Below, piece after piece: positions 9,601-20,318 of a DNA stretch of 45,681 nucleotides (the first letter of the stretch is position 1; the number at the start of each line of letters is the position of its first letter). Source of the DNA: Folioceros fuciformis (Eukaryota); contig JBNGIO010006247.1 of assembly GCA_049999805.1 (NCBI GenBank), forward strand, positions 154,817 through 200,497, written 5' to 3'. The notes under the pieces were generated by a model. That model ran no database searches and was not told where the DNA came from. It worked only from the letters and a program-made list of their open reading frames with translations. Both the position numbers and the translations under genes were made by a program.

Positions 9601-10983
9601 AGTACAGGCGCGTTACAGAAGGGCAGGCAGCTGCACTCACAGATTGTAAAACGAGGAGCACTTGATGACGTAGTGGTGGGCAACTGCCTGGTGGACATGT
9701 ATGCAAAATGTGGTGAGCTGAAAGACGCACGCCAGGTTTTTGACAGCATGGCCACGAAGAATGTGGTGACATGGACCGCCATGACAGCTGGGTATGCACA
9801 TCAAGGACTGGGTCAAGAGGCGCTTGTTCTTTATGGTCAAATGGAGCAAGATGGCCTGAATTTGGCAGACCATTTTACTTTTTCTTGCCTTCTAAAGGCA
9901 TGTGCAAGTACTGGTGCCTTACAGAAGGGCAGGCAGCTGCACTCACAGATTGTCAAAAGAGGAGTGCTGGATGACGTAGTGTTGGGCAACTGCCTGGTGG
10001 ACATGTATGCAAAATGTGGTGAACTGGAAGATGCACGCAGGGTGTTTGACACCTTAGGTACGAAGGATGTAGTGACGTGGAATGCTCTGATATCTGCTTA
10101 TGGTACTTGTGACGATGGTCACAGAGCGCTGGCTTGTCTTGAGGAGATGTTAGCTGCCGGCATTCGGCCTGATGGTACTACTTTTACTTGCCTCCTAGCA
10201 GCATGCAGTCATGAGGGATTGGTCCACGAGGGCCGCAAGCTCTTTGATTCCATGGCTAAACAGCATGGCATCAAACCCACTGTGGAGCATTACAACTGCA
10301 TGATTGATCTTTTTGGGCGCGCAGGCCATTTAAATGAGGCACTGAAGATGCTTCTGTCATACGAGGGTCATAGTAATCTTGTGGGCTTGACGGCTTTGCT
10401 GAATGCCTGTAAGAGTCACGGGGATATAGAGAAGGCGATGTGGTGTTTCGAACGTGTTGTTGGGCTGGAGCCCAAGGGGGCGTCTGCTTATGTTCTCATG
10501 GCCAATGCCTTCGCAGATGCAGGTAGGTGGACCGATGTGGACAGGATTGAGACGCAGAGAAGGATAGCAGGAGCTAACAAGAAACCTGCGGTTACGACCT
10601 TAGAGGTGAATAATCAGATCCACAGATTTGTGGTGGGAGAAAGGAGAGAGGATCTTGCACTCAAGGTGGAGAGCACGAATGCACGTCTGAAGCAGGAAGG
10701 AGGCCACATGCCTCACACAAAATTGGTGTTCAAGCCACTGTCTGAGAAGGAAAAGGAAGACGTGCTTTGTGGGCATGCCGAGAAGCTAGCCCTCGCGTTT
10801 GGTCTCTTGAATACTCCAGGTGGGACACCTCTGGTGGTGACGAAGAATCTACGCATGTGCAGTGACTGCCACAGTTCCACGGAGATTATGTCGAGGCTTG
10901 AACAAAGGAACATAGTTGTAAGGGATGGATACCGTGTGCATCGATTCTCAAATGGCTGTTGCAGTTGTAAAGGTCGACAATGA
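6664..10983 (+). CDS. PLS-class PPR protein, 1439 aa, intronless: N-terminal OSB-like PDF motif, ~31 PPR motifs, E1-E2 and a variant DYW:KP (GRP-like) deaminase-fold domain; candidate organellar U-to-C RNA editing factor
   Basis: Repeating P (VVTWxALIxGYAxQG), L (VTFACLLKAC) and S (VGNCLVDMYAKCG) motifs plus two SS motifs, then P2-L2-S2-E1-E2. The terminal domain reads KKPAVTTLEVNNQIHRFVVG...LCGHAEKLALAFGLLNTP...KNLRMCSDCH...RDGYRVHRFSNGCCSCKGRQ*. Confidence 0.95.
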   Translation: MATVWQPDSLWIQRTGVCTGNPQGALAHLVMENQPLASKAFRCNSVKISALPLPIECEGVDRFSSDGRCQEQEHLWQQFFLDPAIWWDNRRDKKSSRSPDFRHKGSGKVLWLNSVFKPAWVDEELLSLDVQMSHGSSSTKATSLDKLEPDRRVGSRVPVITAVTVSTLCQQGKLSEAVGALESLAQTNSAISQSLLCVVLKLCTDKKDLVLGRRVHDLSVKLGHESKAYLANHVLRMYACGGRLEEAMDVFTRVGKPDVITWGSIISAYAKHGKPNEAIHLYHEMRRSGVKANGHVFVAALQACSFAADLELGRKVHCDILHCGIPPNMFVGNCLVDMYAKCGELKQARQVFDSMAKKDVVTWNALMSGYAKCGEVDEARQIFDSMTIRDVVTWNTLISGYAEQGLGHEAFVLYGQMEQDGLILANHVTFACLLKACACTTALQKGRQLHSLIVERGLLDHVLVGNALVDMYAKCGELEDARRLFDRMPIKDVVTWNSLIAGYAKRGELKDAHQIFDGMSTKNVVTWNGLFSGYGEQGLEQEALVLYEQMEQEGLILADHVTFACLLKACARTGALQTGRRLHSQIVERGLLDNVLVSNCLVDLYAQCGELEEARHVFDSMATKDVVTWTALISGYAKQALSQEVLVLYGKMEQNGLILASHATFACLLKACASTGSLQKGRQLHSQIVERGLLDNTLVGNCLVDMYAKCGELGNARQVFDSMNTKDVVTWTTLIVGYAQQGLGQEALVLHGQMEQGGLVLVNHIAFACLIKACARTGALQKGRELHSRIFEQGLLDNVVMGNCLLDMYSKCGDLEDARQIFDSMSTKDVVTWTSLIAGYTQQGLGQEALILYGQMEQECHILADDVTFVCLLKACASTGALQKGKQLHSLIVKRGLLDNLVVGTGLVDMYAKCGELQDARRVFDSLVTKNVVTWNALIAGYAEQGLGQEALVLYGQMEQEGLVLADEVTFVCLLKACGSTGALQKGRQLHSQIVKRGALDDVVVGNCLVDMYAKCGELKDARQVFDSMATKNVVTWTAMTAGYAHQGLGQEALVLYGQMEQDGLNLADHFTFSCLLKACASTGALQKGRQLHSQIVKRGVLDDVVLGNCLVDMYAKCGELEDARRVFDTLGTKDVVTWNALISAYGTCDDGHRALACLEEMLAAGIRPDGTTFTCLLAACSHEGLVHEGRKLFDSMAKQHGIKPTVEHYNCMIDLFGRAGHLNEALKMLLSYEGHSNLVGLTALLNACKSHGDIEKAMWCFERVVGLEPKGASAYVLMANAFADAGRWTDVDRIETQRRIAGANKKPAVTTLEVNNQIHRFVVGERREDLALKVESTNARLKQEGGHMPHTKLVFKPLSEKEKEDVLCGHAEKLALAFGLLNTPGGTPLVVTKNLRMCSDCHSSTEIMSRLEQRNIVVRDGYRVHRFSNGCCSCKGRQ
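7830..10080 (+). repeat. Coding tandem repeat of ~306-bp P-L-S triplet units inside the PPR gene
   Basis: Near-identical nucleotide blocks such as cagaagggcaggcagctgcactcacagattgt and ggcaactgcctggtggacatgtatgcaaaatgtggtga recur every 306 bp, or 399 bp where an SS motif is inserted. Confidence 0.9.
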
Positions 10984-11481
10984 GAAAGTTAGAGGAACTA
11001 GTCAAGCTATCCTGCGACGGAAGGGAAGGTGTAGGCGATCTGTTGTCAGGCCTCGAATTCGGAAGTGAAATTCTCTTCCAGAGCTCGTGAATATTTCCTG
11101 TTTCACCGTGGAATTCTATGCATTCGATGCACCTAACTGGGCTTCTCCGGAAAGGTTTTGTCGATACAAGGGCAGTGTTTTGCAACTTGCAGGGCATCCT
11201 TAAACGCAAAATTGCGAAGTGCCGCACCTGGCTGATGTCTCCTATATACGTTGTTGTTGGGATGGATAAGCCAGGGCACGCAAGGGAGAAACGAAGCTTT
11301 CCTGAGTCTCTTCTCCACACCTTTGGCAGCAGTATCTGCTCTCCTACCATTGCCAGCCAGCAGTGGTGTGGAACAAAAGCACCTCCATGATGCTTGACAT
11401 GGTTGGTTCCAGTGCCGAGACCATCTACTGCTGCCAAGAAAAAATCATGTATGTTACAGCGCACTGTGGCACATAAGGTGG

Positions 11482-12640
11482 CTACTCCTGTGCCATGATA
11501 TCAGAGATGGATAAGGAGCCTGAATTGTCACGGTCCAGCAACTTGAATTCTCTCAGAATCTCGGTAATGTCGTCCTCCTCGACTTTGCCCAACTCTTTGA
11601 GCTTGAACAGCACGAACTCGGAGGACCTGAAGGCAGGGGATGAATGTTGCTGATGAGAACCCACAGTCGGGGAACAAGGAGATGAAGAGAGCAAAATTCA
11701 GCTCGTTTGCTCACCTCACTTTGCCATCGTTGTCGAAATCGGCAGCTTCCAGGTCTGAGATAGTTGTCTTTCGGGTGAGAACATACTTTGCCATGGCTTC
11801 GTGTCTCGATTCCGTTTGCATCTCCGCCAGAGCTAGAAAGAACTGGGCCACGAACAGAGTGCTGAGGAGGATCCAGGCTGAGCCGAAGAGGCGGCCTTGC
11901 CAGGTTCGGAAAGTTTGGTCACCGTAGCCCAGGGTCGTCGCTGTGACGCAGACGAAGTAGACTGCATCTATCAGGCTCTTCTCTTCCACCGTCATGAGGA
12001 CTACCAGTCCAGTGGCCAAGATGCCCAAAACCAGAAATCCTGTGAATATGGCCTTGACGTAAGCCTGCTTGACGTGAGACTCGTCCTTGGTTATGGCGTC
12101 GATGAGGTAACCCTCCTGCTTCATCACTAAGTAGTTGGCAGCACTGCTGAGCAGGATGCCCACAAGCCCAAATCCCAAAAACAGGTACACGATTGTGAAG
12201 AACTTGGCGGGGGTGCTGTTGGGGACAATATCCCCGTAGCCTACTGTGGTCATGGTGACGATGCAGAAGTAGAGAGCGTCCACCAGGTTGCTCCCTGTTT
12301 TGTGGCCCTCCAGGTCGCTGGAAGTGAAGTAGAAGAGGACAATGCCTGCAGCAAGGTAAGCTAGGAGAGCCACCAGGGCGGTTGTCAGGATAGCGGAAGT
12401 CTCCCTTTTCTGGTTGAAGGGCAGCAAGTCCACAGACTTGGCCACAGATGGAGGACATCGGTCTGCAGACTCGGTTGATGGAGATGAAATCGAGCGGGTC
12501 AGTCTCTTCTTGGGTGCTCCTGTGCTTCTGCTGAGGAGGTCCTTACTGGACTGGCTGAGCAGAGGTTCTTGTATGGCCGCATTCGCGGAAGTCACATTTC
12601 CGTGCCCAGACGCTTTGTCGGATTGCGATTGCTTACTCAT
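11482..12640 (-). CDS. TPK: Two-pore K+ channel (TPK family), copy A (exons 12640-11715 and 11626-11482)
   Basis: Four TM segments, two pore loops (TMTTVGYGD, TATTLGYGD), C-terminal EF hands (DLEAADFDNDGKVR-SSEFVLFKLKELGKV, DRDNSGSLS) and an N-terminal 14-3-3-like site (LTRSISSP). Confidence 0.93.
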
Positions 12641-13239
12641 TTTCCTCGTGCGTGTCTGCAGAGGAAAAATAAGTCCACTGTTCCGTGAAATGTGCCAGAT
12701 CTGAGCGAAGCCGACAAGGAGAAATGCGAACGCGCTCACCAACCGCTTGGACCCGGAAAGGTTTGAAATCGCCCGACAGCAGTAGCTCCACCTCGGAGTA
12801 GCCCCCGGTTGACACTGGAAACCCAGCAACGCAGGAGTCCGCTCACCTCATCCAGACCCTGTCTACTCGATTCTCCAGCGCAAAGAGCTGCTCCAGCTGT
12901 GCAACGCAGAGCAGCCTACAGTTTGGCTACGCCAGCTCCATGGCAAGTGGGTCCCGATGGTCTCTATTTGCAAGCCCATGACGCACGTTCACTAGTCTAG
13001 CAGGAGCATCTGTCACAATGCCTACAGCAGGATGTCCTGAAAAGTTTCGGGGCGCCGACCAGCTGATGCTGTGAGAAGCTTGGGCAGACACAACGTACTA
13101 GAATTTATACTCTCTTTCCCGCGCAGCAGACTTCAAGGTCCTGAGATCCCGCAAACCTCTCCATTCCATTGGCACACGCGTTCGCAAGTACGAACAAATC
13201 TGAAATCGCTACAGGAAAAGCAGGATTGCTGGACTGCTG

Positions 13240-14422
13240 CTATTGCCAGCCCAAACCGTGGCGATTCAAATCTGATGCAGACAAAATCCCCGAGCCATCC
13301 ACATCCAGAGCTCTGAATTCCTTGATGAACTTGTAGATGTCAGCCTCTGTGATCTTGCCCAGCTCTTTAAGCTTGTAGAGGACGAAGTCTGATGCTCTGC
13401 AGAAGCAACGAAAATGTGAGGCAAGTGAGGGCTGTGCAGGACCATGGTAAGGAGCTTAGAGAAGGAAGAATGTGAGACGGTCACCTGACTTTCCCATCCT
13501 CATCAATGTCAGCTGCCTCAAGATCTGCAGTGGTGGTCTTACGAGTGAGCACCCAGTTGGCAAGATGCTGCTGCTTCTCCTCCGTCCTCATTTCCACCAA
13601 CGACAGCAAGAGCTGCGTGACACAGAGAGTGCTGAGGATGATCCAGGCCGAGGCAATAAGCCGGCCAGTCTGAGTCTGGAAGCTGTGGTCTCCATAGCCA
13701 AGTGTGGTCATGGTGACACACGCGGCGTAAAATGCATCCAGAGTATTCTTCTTCTCCGCGATCATGAACAGAACCACTCCGAGAGCAAGCATGGTGAAGA
13801 CGAGTATGGTTGTGGTTAATACCTTCCAGTGGGCTGATTGAATGGGGTAGTCCACCCGCAGCTGCTCCTGGACGGATGCATCCGCCTTCCTGTAAATAGC
13901 TTTCAACAGGAATCCCTCCTGTTTCATCACCAGGTAATTAGCAGCCCTGCCCAGGAGGTAGCTGCAGAGCCAAAAGCCCCCTACGAGGTAAACGCAAGTG
14001 AGGATCTTCGCCACAGGCGTTGCCGGTGTGATATCCCCGTATCCGACTGTTGTTATGGTCACAATGCAGAAGTAGATCGCATCCACCAGGTAGCCTGTTC
14101 TCAGCCCCTGCAGACTGTTCGCAGCCCGATAGAAAACTAGCACGCCGGCAGCCACGTAGCCCAGCAACGCCAGAACAGCGTACACCAGAGTCCTGGATGA
14201 TAGATTCTTGGTCCTCAAGGGAAGAACTTGTAGGCTGGTCCTCACATTGCATCTCTCAGCATCGGTGTGAGCCGGAGCCGACTTGGCCCTCATGTATCTC
14301 TTCGGCCTTGGTCCATTGCGATCTGGGTCACCCTCTTGTGAACTGCCCGACTCGCCTATCAGAGGCTCGTGCAAAGCAGCAGCTTCCACAGGCAACGACC
14401 TGGCCTTCACCAAGTCGCTCAT
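13240..14422 (-). CDS. TPK: Two-pore K+ channel (TPK family), copy B (exons 14422-13485 and 13396-13240)
   Basis: Pore loops TITTVGYGD and TMTTLGYGD, EF hands DLEAADIDEDGKVR-ASDFVLYKLKELGKI and DVDGSGILS, and a 14-3-3-like site (MRAKSAP). The intron position matches copy A. Confidence 0.93.
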
Positions 14423-15295
14423 CTTGCTTCTACCCGGAGCCCGTGTCAGCTCCCAACATCATCCCCACTCAGATGCCAACCTCCTCCACTGCACTGGGAA
14501 GCACACTCCGGTACGCAATGCAGCAACAAAAATGTCATTCTCCTTTCCCTGCTCCCTAGGACTGTGCAAAGATGTGGGCGCTGTGCACTGCCCGAGTCCT
14601 GTCCTCCCTTCCTCCATTCCTCCCCAGGTGCACAGCAACAGTGCCCTCCGCATTGTGCTCTGTCCAGCAGCCCCACCGCCGGATCGGTCGGCCCTGTGCA
14701 CAAGCAAGACGACGAGCCCCGGCCAAGTAGTCTCAACACCATACTCCCATCCTCCGACACGGGCATGGCGACATCTGGGTGCCCCTCTGTCCATTTCCCC
14801 AGGTCAGTGACCGCCCAGTTAAAACTGGTTTCACCGCGGCAGGCTACCAGTTCGGTGGACAAGGAGACGGTTGTCGGTTGTGGGCTTCCACCCAACTGCA
14901 GCTTCAATCTGCCGGCAGTCGTCAACCGCATCCCTGCATTTGATCCTTTACGCTGAATGTGGCAGAGCGCAGGGAGGATTCCGGCTACCCTGTGGCTGGC
15001 GGTGGATGCTGCCCTTGCCCTTGAACCGAGACCAGGGCAGATCGCTCGGAAGTTGCTGCGATCTGCTTATCGAGCCACACGCAGCGTGGGATCCGGAAGT
15101 ATACCTGGGCCAGCCCGGGGGACAGGTTTAGGGTTGGGCGGGAGAGCGCAGATTGCAGATTTGAGCGGGGCGCGGTGATCCGAGATAGATAGCATGGGAA
15201 TTGGCGGGGATTTGCGTTCAGGCTCGGGTTTGGAAACATGTTGACGGCTATATATGCGTCGGGTTCTCGAAGGCAGCAGGACATGTTCTGTGGAG

Positions 15296-16283
15296 ATGAA
15301 GACTGTCTTCGTACTTCTGGCTCTGGTGTGGCTGTGCGGCGGGCCCGTTGATGGCAGGGTGATTGCCGCTGCAGACCTTAAGCCTAGGAGAACTGCAGTT
15401 TTTGCTCTGGGGAGTTTTTGGAATTCGGAGGCTGTGTTCGGGTGCTTGGAGGGAGTGATCCGTACCACTGCTGGATATAGCGGAGGCTCCAAGGAAAACC
15501 CTGATTACCATTCAATCGGCGATCATGCTGAGGCTGTGGAGGTGAGGAGTGGAGTACAATTCATCGCACCGCTCTGCTCTGATTCCGGGTTCAGCGTAGG
15601 TTAGATTTCTCTTCTTCTGACCTTTCCTATGCTGGATTGGGCAGGTGGAGTATAACCCTCAGTATATCACGTATGAGCAACTGTTGAATGTGTTTTGGGC
15701 CAACCACGATCCAACTCAAGTTTTCGGGCAGGGTCCTGACGTGGGTGACCAGTACAGGTGAGGTCGTGGATTGGCATGTGCTTGGCCATCCTTCGACTCA
15801 TTTTCGTGTAGTTGATGAGATTGCTTGTTTTCTCAACAGGTCAATAATCTTCACACAAGGAGCTGAGGAACAGACTTTGGCAGAAGCAAGCAAGGTTCGA
15901 GAGCAGGGGAAGTTCACGGACGTTGCTGTGTTGACAAAGATACAACCCCTTACAGTGTTTCACCAGGCTGAACCAGAACATCAGGTAGGTTACCATCCAC
16001 TGCAAAATGTCTTCTAAGATGACTATGGACTTCGCTGGTGACTTGATCCTGATGAGGCCTCGACGTGGCTGCTGTGCAGAAATTTGAGTTGAGGAGACGG
16101 CCTGAGCTCCTCCAAATCCTGTCGGACCTGCCAGAGGAGAGTTTTGCCCGTTGCGCGCGAGCTACAAAATTGAATGCTTACGCGACAGGGGCTTGTTCAG
16201 GTTACTTGCAAATGCTTATCAAGGTCAAAATTGCACCATTTCTGAAAGAGAAGGCAAAGCTGCAGTTCTCCTTCCCCTACTAG
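15296..16283 (+). CDS. MSRA5: Peptide methionine sulfoxide reductase A5-like, with signal peptide (4 exons: 15296-15541, 15645-15757, 15840-15984, 16080-16283)
   Basis: Hydrophobic N-terminus [16 protein letters not shown], then [69 protein letters not shown] and [19 protein letters not shown] in place of GCFW is typical of the plant MSRA5 clade. Confidence 0.9.
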
Positions 16284-16566
16284 GTTCAGCAGAAGGCAGC
16301 TTGCCAATTGCTCACAGGATGCAGCAGTTGCATCACCTTCAGGGCCATCCAGCTTCAGATTGGACATTGAGGTGAAGAAAACCTAGCTACAGCTCCAGAT
16401 GAAAATGGCAACCATCAAAGGAGTCACCTCTTGATTCATGACACGTTATGTTCCTGAAGCCAAAGAATTTGAATAAAAGACAACGATCTAGCCTGGGTTG
16501 GTCTAGCGCACCGGTCTACTCGATCGGGAAAGCAATGCGCCGAGTCTAATCCTAGAGCTACTTCTG

Positions 16567-19151
16567 TCAGGCAGTTACCAGCTCTTCGGGTGGAGGGATA
16601 GGTGTTTCCGCAGACAAATCACCAACAGGAACATCAAATTCCTGTCTCGAAGCCAGGTCCTTCACACGCACGCAGCCTTTCTCCCACTCGGTGCTGCCCA
16701 CCAGGAGAATCCGTTTGGCATTCAAACGTTCCGCATGTTTGAAAACCCTGCACAAGAGACAGGCCACGTTTCTAGGCATACAAGCTGTGTCTGTCCATAG
16801 CAGTAAGCATGTTCAGAAGATGCAAAGCTCTCACCATTTGACTCTTTTACTTTCAATCACAAGATCCACAGAGCGGCCTGACTGTCTCAATTTGGAGGCA
16901 ACCAGACCTGCCTGTGACCTAAGGCTGTCGTCCATGGGGAAGACGATATCATCAACATCTTGATTCAAAGATGGCATCAAGTTTCTCTCCTTCAACAACT
17001 GCACGGGTCAAACCAGTCAACGGATGTCCCAAATGTTATCAACCTAGCATAACAAACAGGTCAGCAACGTTCCTTGTACTTAGGACGGCCAAGTCTTACC
17101 TCCACGATTACCGCGTCGCCAAAACCAAACCCACAGGCAGGAGTGTCCTCACCACCAAATGTGGAAAGAAGGCGGTCATACCGGCCCCCCCCACAGATCG
17201 CACGCAGTTTTCCTTCTTTATCAAAGGCCTGCGTGGAGGAAACAAGGGCATACCAAAGGGGAAAGTTTATGAAGTCTGTTGCTAGACCCCTCTTGTCACA
17301 TGGTACAGTGATTGAACCATGCTTCATGAAGATTGGGCAAAGGGTGCAAAAACACCTCAAAGACGGTGCCAGTGTAGTAGGCTAGCCCACGCACGACAGA
17401 GGCATCGAAAAGCAACCAATCAGCATAGCCATAACTTTCAGCAAGAGAGAACAACTGCGTCAACTCTGTCACGGCATTGGATTCAGATCCCAGCAACTCT
17501 GCATCACGAACACAAGGAGTGAGAGGGCCGAAAAACAGGGAAATGGGATGAAAAGCTAATTCGTGGAGCAAGTACCTGCTAACTCATCAAGGGAACGCAT
17601 TGTGAGGGCCTGTAAGATGCAAGCTATAGCCTCTGTCGGGACCCCAAGAGCTTCCAGTTCTTTCTCAACTTCAGATCTTGGTATTTTCTCAATCTGGACG
17701 AAGTGGAAGATTCCACAGTACTTACAGGGTGTTGACGAGAAGGGGATTCGAACGGAGAATGAATCGAAGCAGGCATGATCAAACCTTGTCAACTATGACA
17801 CAAACAGCAGCGAATGACTGTGCAGGGATTTCATAGCGACCGAGGACAGCTTGAAGAACCTGCGTTGGCACCGCCTATTCGTGTCAGCGTCACACGTGAA
17901 TGCCCCTGGAGACCTTATGACGGGAAAGTAAGGAAGTGATCACCTTTCGGTTAGACGTCTTGATACCCACGTCCTTGGAGGTGATCCCCAAGCGGGTGAA
18001 AAAGGTAACGATGGCAGCAAGGAGCTCAGCTTCTGCCTGCAAGAAGCCCGTTGCATCCATCCATCCATCCATCCATGCCTGGATATTAGGATCCAAGCGA
18101 CACACTGAAAATTCAAAAGCTTATGCTCATCTACATCATCACCTCAACTCCAGAAACCCCAAATATATCCATATTCCATTGATAGTGCTCCCTCCTCCTT
18201 CCCCTAGTCATCCTCTCATACCTCCAGCACTGTCCGATGGCAAACCATTTCAAGGGCTGGCCCAACTTTCTGAAGAGGACAGAAATGCTGTTAAGCCATT
18301 GCATTTCCTTTCCATACAGCAAGAAAACCTCAGGAGCATTCATCACATATACCCTCGCTGGAGAACAAGCCGTGCAAGAGATGGAGTAAGCTCTGGCCTT
18401 AGGGCCACCCTTCGTCCACCTTTGTCTTCAAAATTGTAGAGCTGCTTTGCGCAACACAGCACAGATTCCGATTGGCGAAACGCACTGGCAAATGAATATA
18501 TTTTGTGCCGCACAAAACCCTCATGACCCAGAGCTGTAGAGGCGCAACCTGTTGTGTAATCTCCTCCCCCGCTTTTCTCACAAACAGCTCTTCGGATTCC
18601 AGCACCGGGAAGTCGACTTCCTCAAAGGCAAACAACCTGGAAACCTTCATTCACCGAGAACATGACTCTATTACAATGGGCAACGTCTCCCTTGCAGCAG
18701 GCAGCTGCAGAGATTCTCACCTCCCGAAAGTTCTGAAACAGCCAAGAACGGAGTCTCATCTCTTCCGGAGGAAAATCCCTCGTTCCTCGAGGAGGGTTCA
18801 AGCTAATCAAATCACTCTGCTCGACTGGAGGGCCGGAGGACGTTGGTCCCCTCACACTTTCCTTTGCGGCTGTTGTTAGCACCTCCAACCTCCTCGCCCA
18901 CCCATTCCTTGACATGATCGCGAGGCCTGCAGCAAATGTCATCAGACCGGCATAGACTGCGATGTATTGCCCATTTCCGTGGCCCAAACACACCCACCTG
19001 CCCCACAGAGCTTCTGCTTGTCAACAACGCTCCATACTCCTGGAGCGCTTAGCATCACCAAATTGTGCAGCGGTTCTGGGAGGCCCCTATGCACGAAAAG
19101 AGTATGCAGACTGCGGCATCCTCCAGCGTAGGCACTGAAGCTGGTGGCCAT
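16567..19151 (-). CDS. HisRS: Histidyl-tRNA synthetase, organellar type; multi-exon (start codon approximate)
   Basis: Exons encode [139 protein letters not shown]...GFGFGDAVI and the anticodon-binding tail [10 protein letters not shown]. Confidence 0.95.
18055..18076. repeat. (CCAT)n microsatellite in a HisRS intron
   Basis: atccatccatccatccatccat. Confidence 0.85.
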
Positions 19152-19538
19152 GTCTAGCATTCCAACGCAACACGGAATCGGGAAGGAGAAGACGCAATTG
19201 AAAACAATTGGGTGATACTGAATTGGGATTGGGAAGGAGAAGCTGAAATCCAAAACAACTACATTTGGGCCATATCCAACGGCATGTTCGTTCCAAGGCC
19301 CAATTGTTTGCGGTGCCCAAATACGAGTTCCATTTCAGAGCGCAATTACAAGAGTGCAATTGTTTTGTGTCTGACAACGCCCCAACAGAAGCTCTAACGG
19401 CTGAGGCACAGCATACATAATTAGAGGAGGGCAAGCGACATCAGACACAAAGCGGCTAATCAATCCACCAGCCTCGGTCTCAAGAATGCGTGACTATCGT
19501 CGTTACCACCTCTTCTCAGCTGTTCTTGCATGACCTGC

Positions 19539-20318
19539 TCAGGCAGCAGTGGCTGCAGGCAAACTGGGGATGTAGGACTCCAGCATGAGCCGTGTTGGGT
19601 AGGGGTTGGTGACATCCACAATCAGGTACGTGAACTTCCAAGTCCTATCAGCTTTGTCTTTGTACATCTCGCTGTGCACCTTGCCAGCCCCTTGTGGCCC
19701 GCGGATGTAAAACACCACCTCACATCTCTCCACCCCATCTTCATCTGTCCATGTCCGGTTGGCGATTCGCTGACGAGCAGCCCGGTTTCTGCTCTCCTGC
19801 CCGTAGCCGGTGATCGGTGATCCCAACCGCACTGTCACTTCATTGTCTTTCTGCACCCTTTCCAGTGCCTTGCCGAAAATCTTATACTCCTTAGGCTGGA
19901 GAATCAGCTCCTTGAACACGGCGTAGGCGGCTGCCCCTGCCACGGCCAACCCTGCCAGAATCACAATGCTGTAGGAAGCGCCCTCTGCAACAGTGACCGG
20001 TTTCTCGGGGATCCTGTCCGTCAGCGGATCGAAGGGGTCCTCCTCCTGCGTGGCTAGGTCGCCTTGACTGCTCTCCTTTTGAGTACTTGCTGCCCGCTGA
20101 AAACGGCGGAGGCCTCCAGCAGAGTAGGGGAATCCGCAGCCCACATCACGAAAGCTTCGCGGAAACGGTTGCGGGGCCCTGGAGCATCCAGATCCAGGAA
20201 CCTGGTGCAGCTTCCTTGTATACTGCCCCCCTCCGATTCCATGCCTCACGATGGCGGGATGCACTGCTGATCCAGCCTGCAGCTTCCGGAGGACCTCCCG
20301 CCAAGTTCTCGAAAACAT
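19539..20318 (-). CDS. TIM21: Mitochondrial import inner membrane translocase subunit TIM21, single coding exon
   Basis: Arg-rich presequence ([13 protein letters not shown]), one TM segment ([23 protein letters not shown]) and the Tim21 domain [56 protein letters not shown]...FTYLIVD. Confidence 0.92.
   Translation of the reverse strand: MFSRTWREVLRKLQAGSAVHPAIVRHGIGGGQYTRKLHQVPGSGCSRAPQPFPRSFRDVGCGFPYSAGGLRRFQRAASTQKESSQGDLATQEEDPFDPLTDRIPEKPVTVAEGASYSIVILAGLAVAGAAAYAVFKELILQPKEYKIFGKALERVQKDNEVTVRLGSPITGYGQESRNRAARQRIANRTWTDEDGVERCEVVFYIRGPQGAGKVHSEMYKDKADRTWKFTYLIVDVTNPYPTRLMLESYIPSLPAATAA

Noticed and set aside
7308-10052. Long antisense ORFs such as 8340-9449 (369 aa)
   Set aside because: They are shadows of the repetitive PPR coding strand with no independent protein signature.
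13266-13300. Apparent frameshift at the end of TPK copy B
   Set aside because: Recounting the G4 run shows the spliced frame continues normally (DGSGILSASDLNRHGLGWQ*).
14446-15200. Several overlapping 100-195 aa ORFs between TPK-B and MSRA5
   Set aside because: GC-rich divergent promoter/UTR region with no recognisable domain in any frame.
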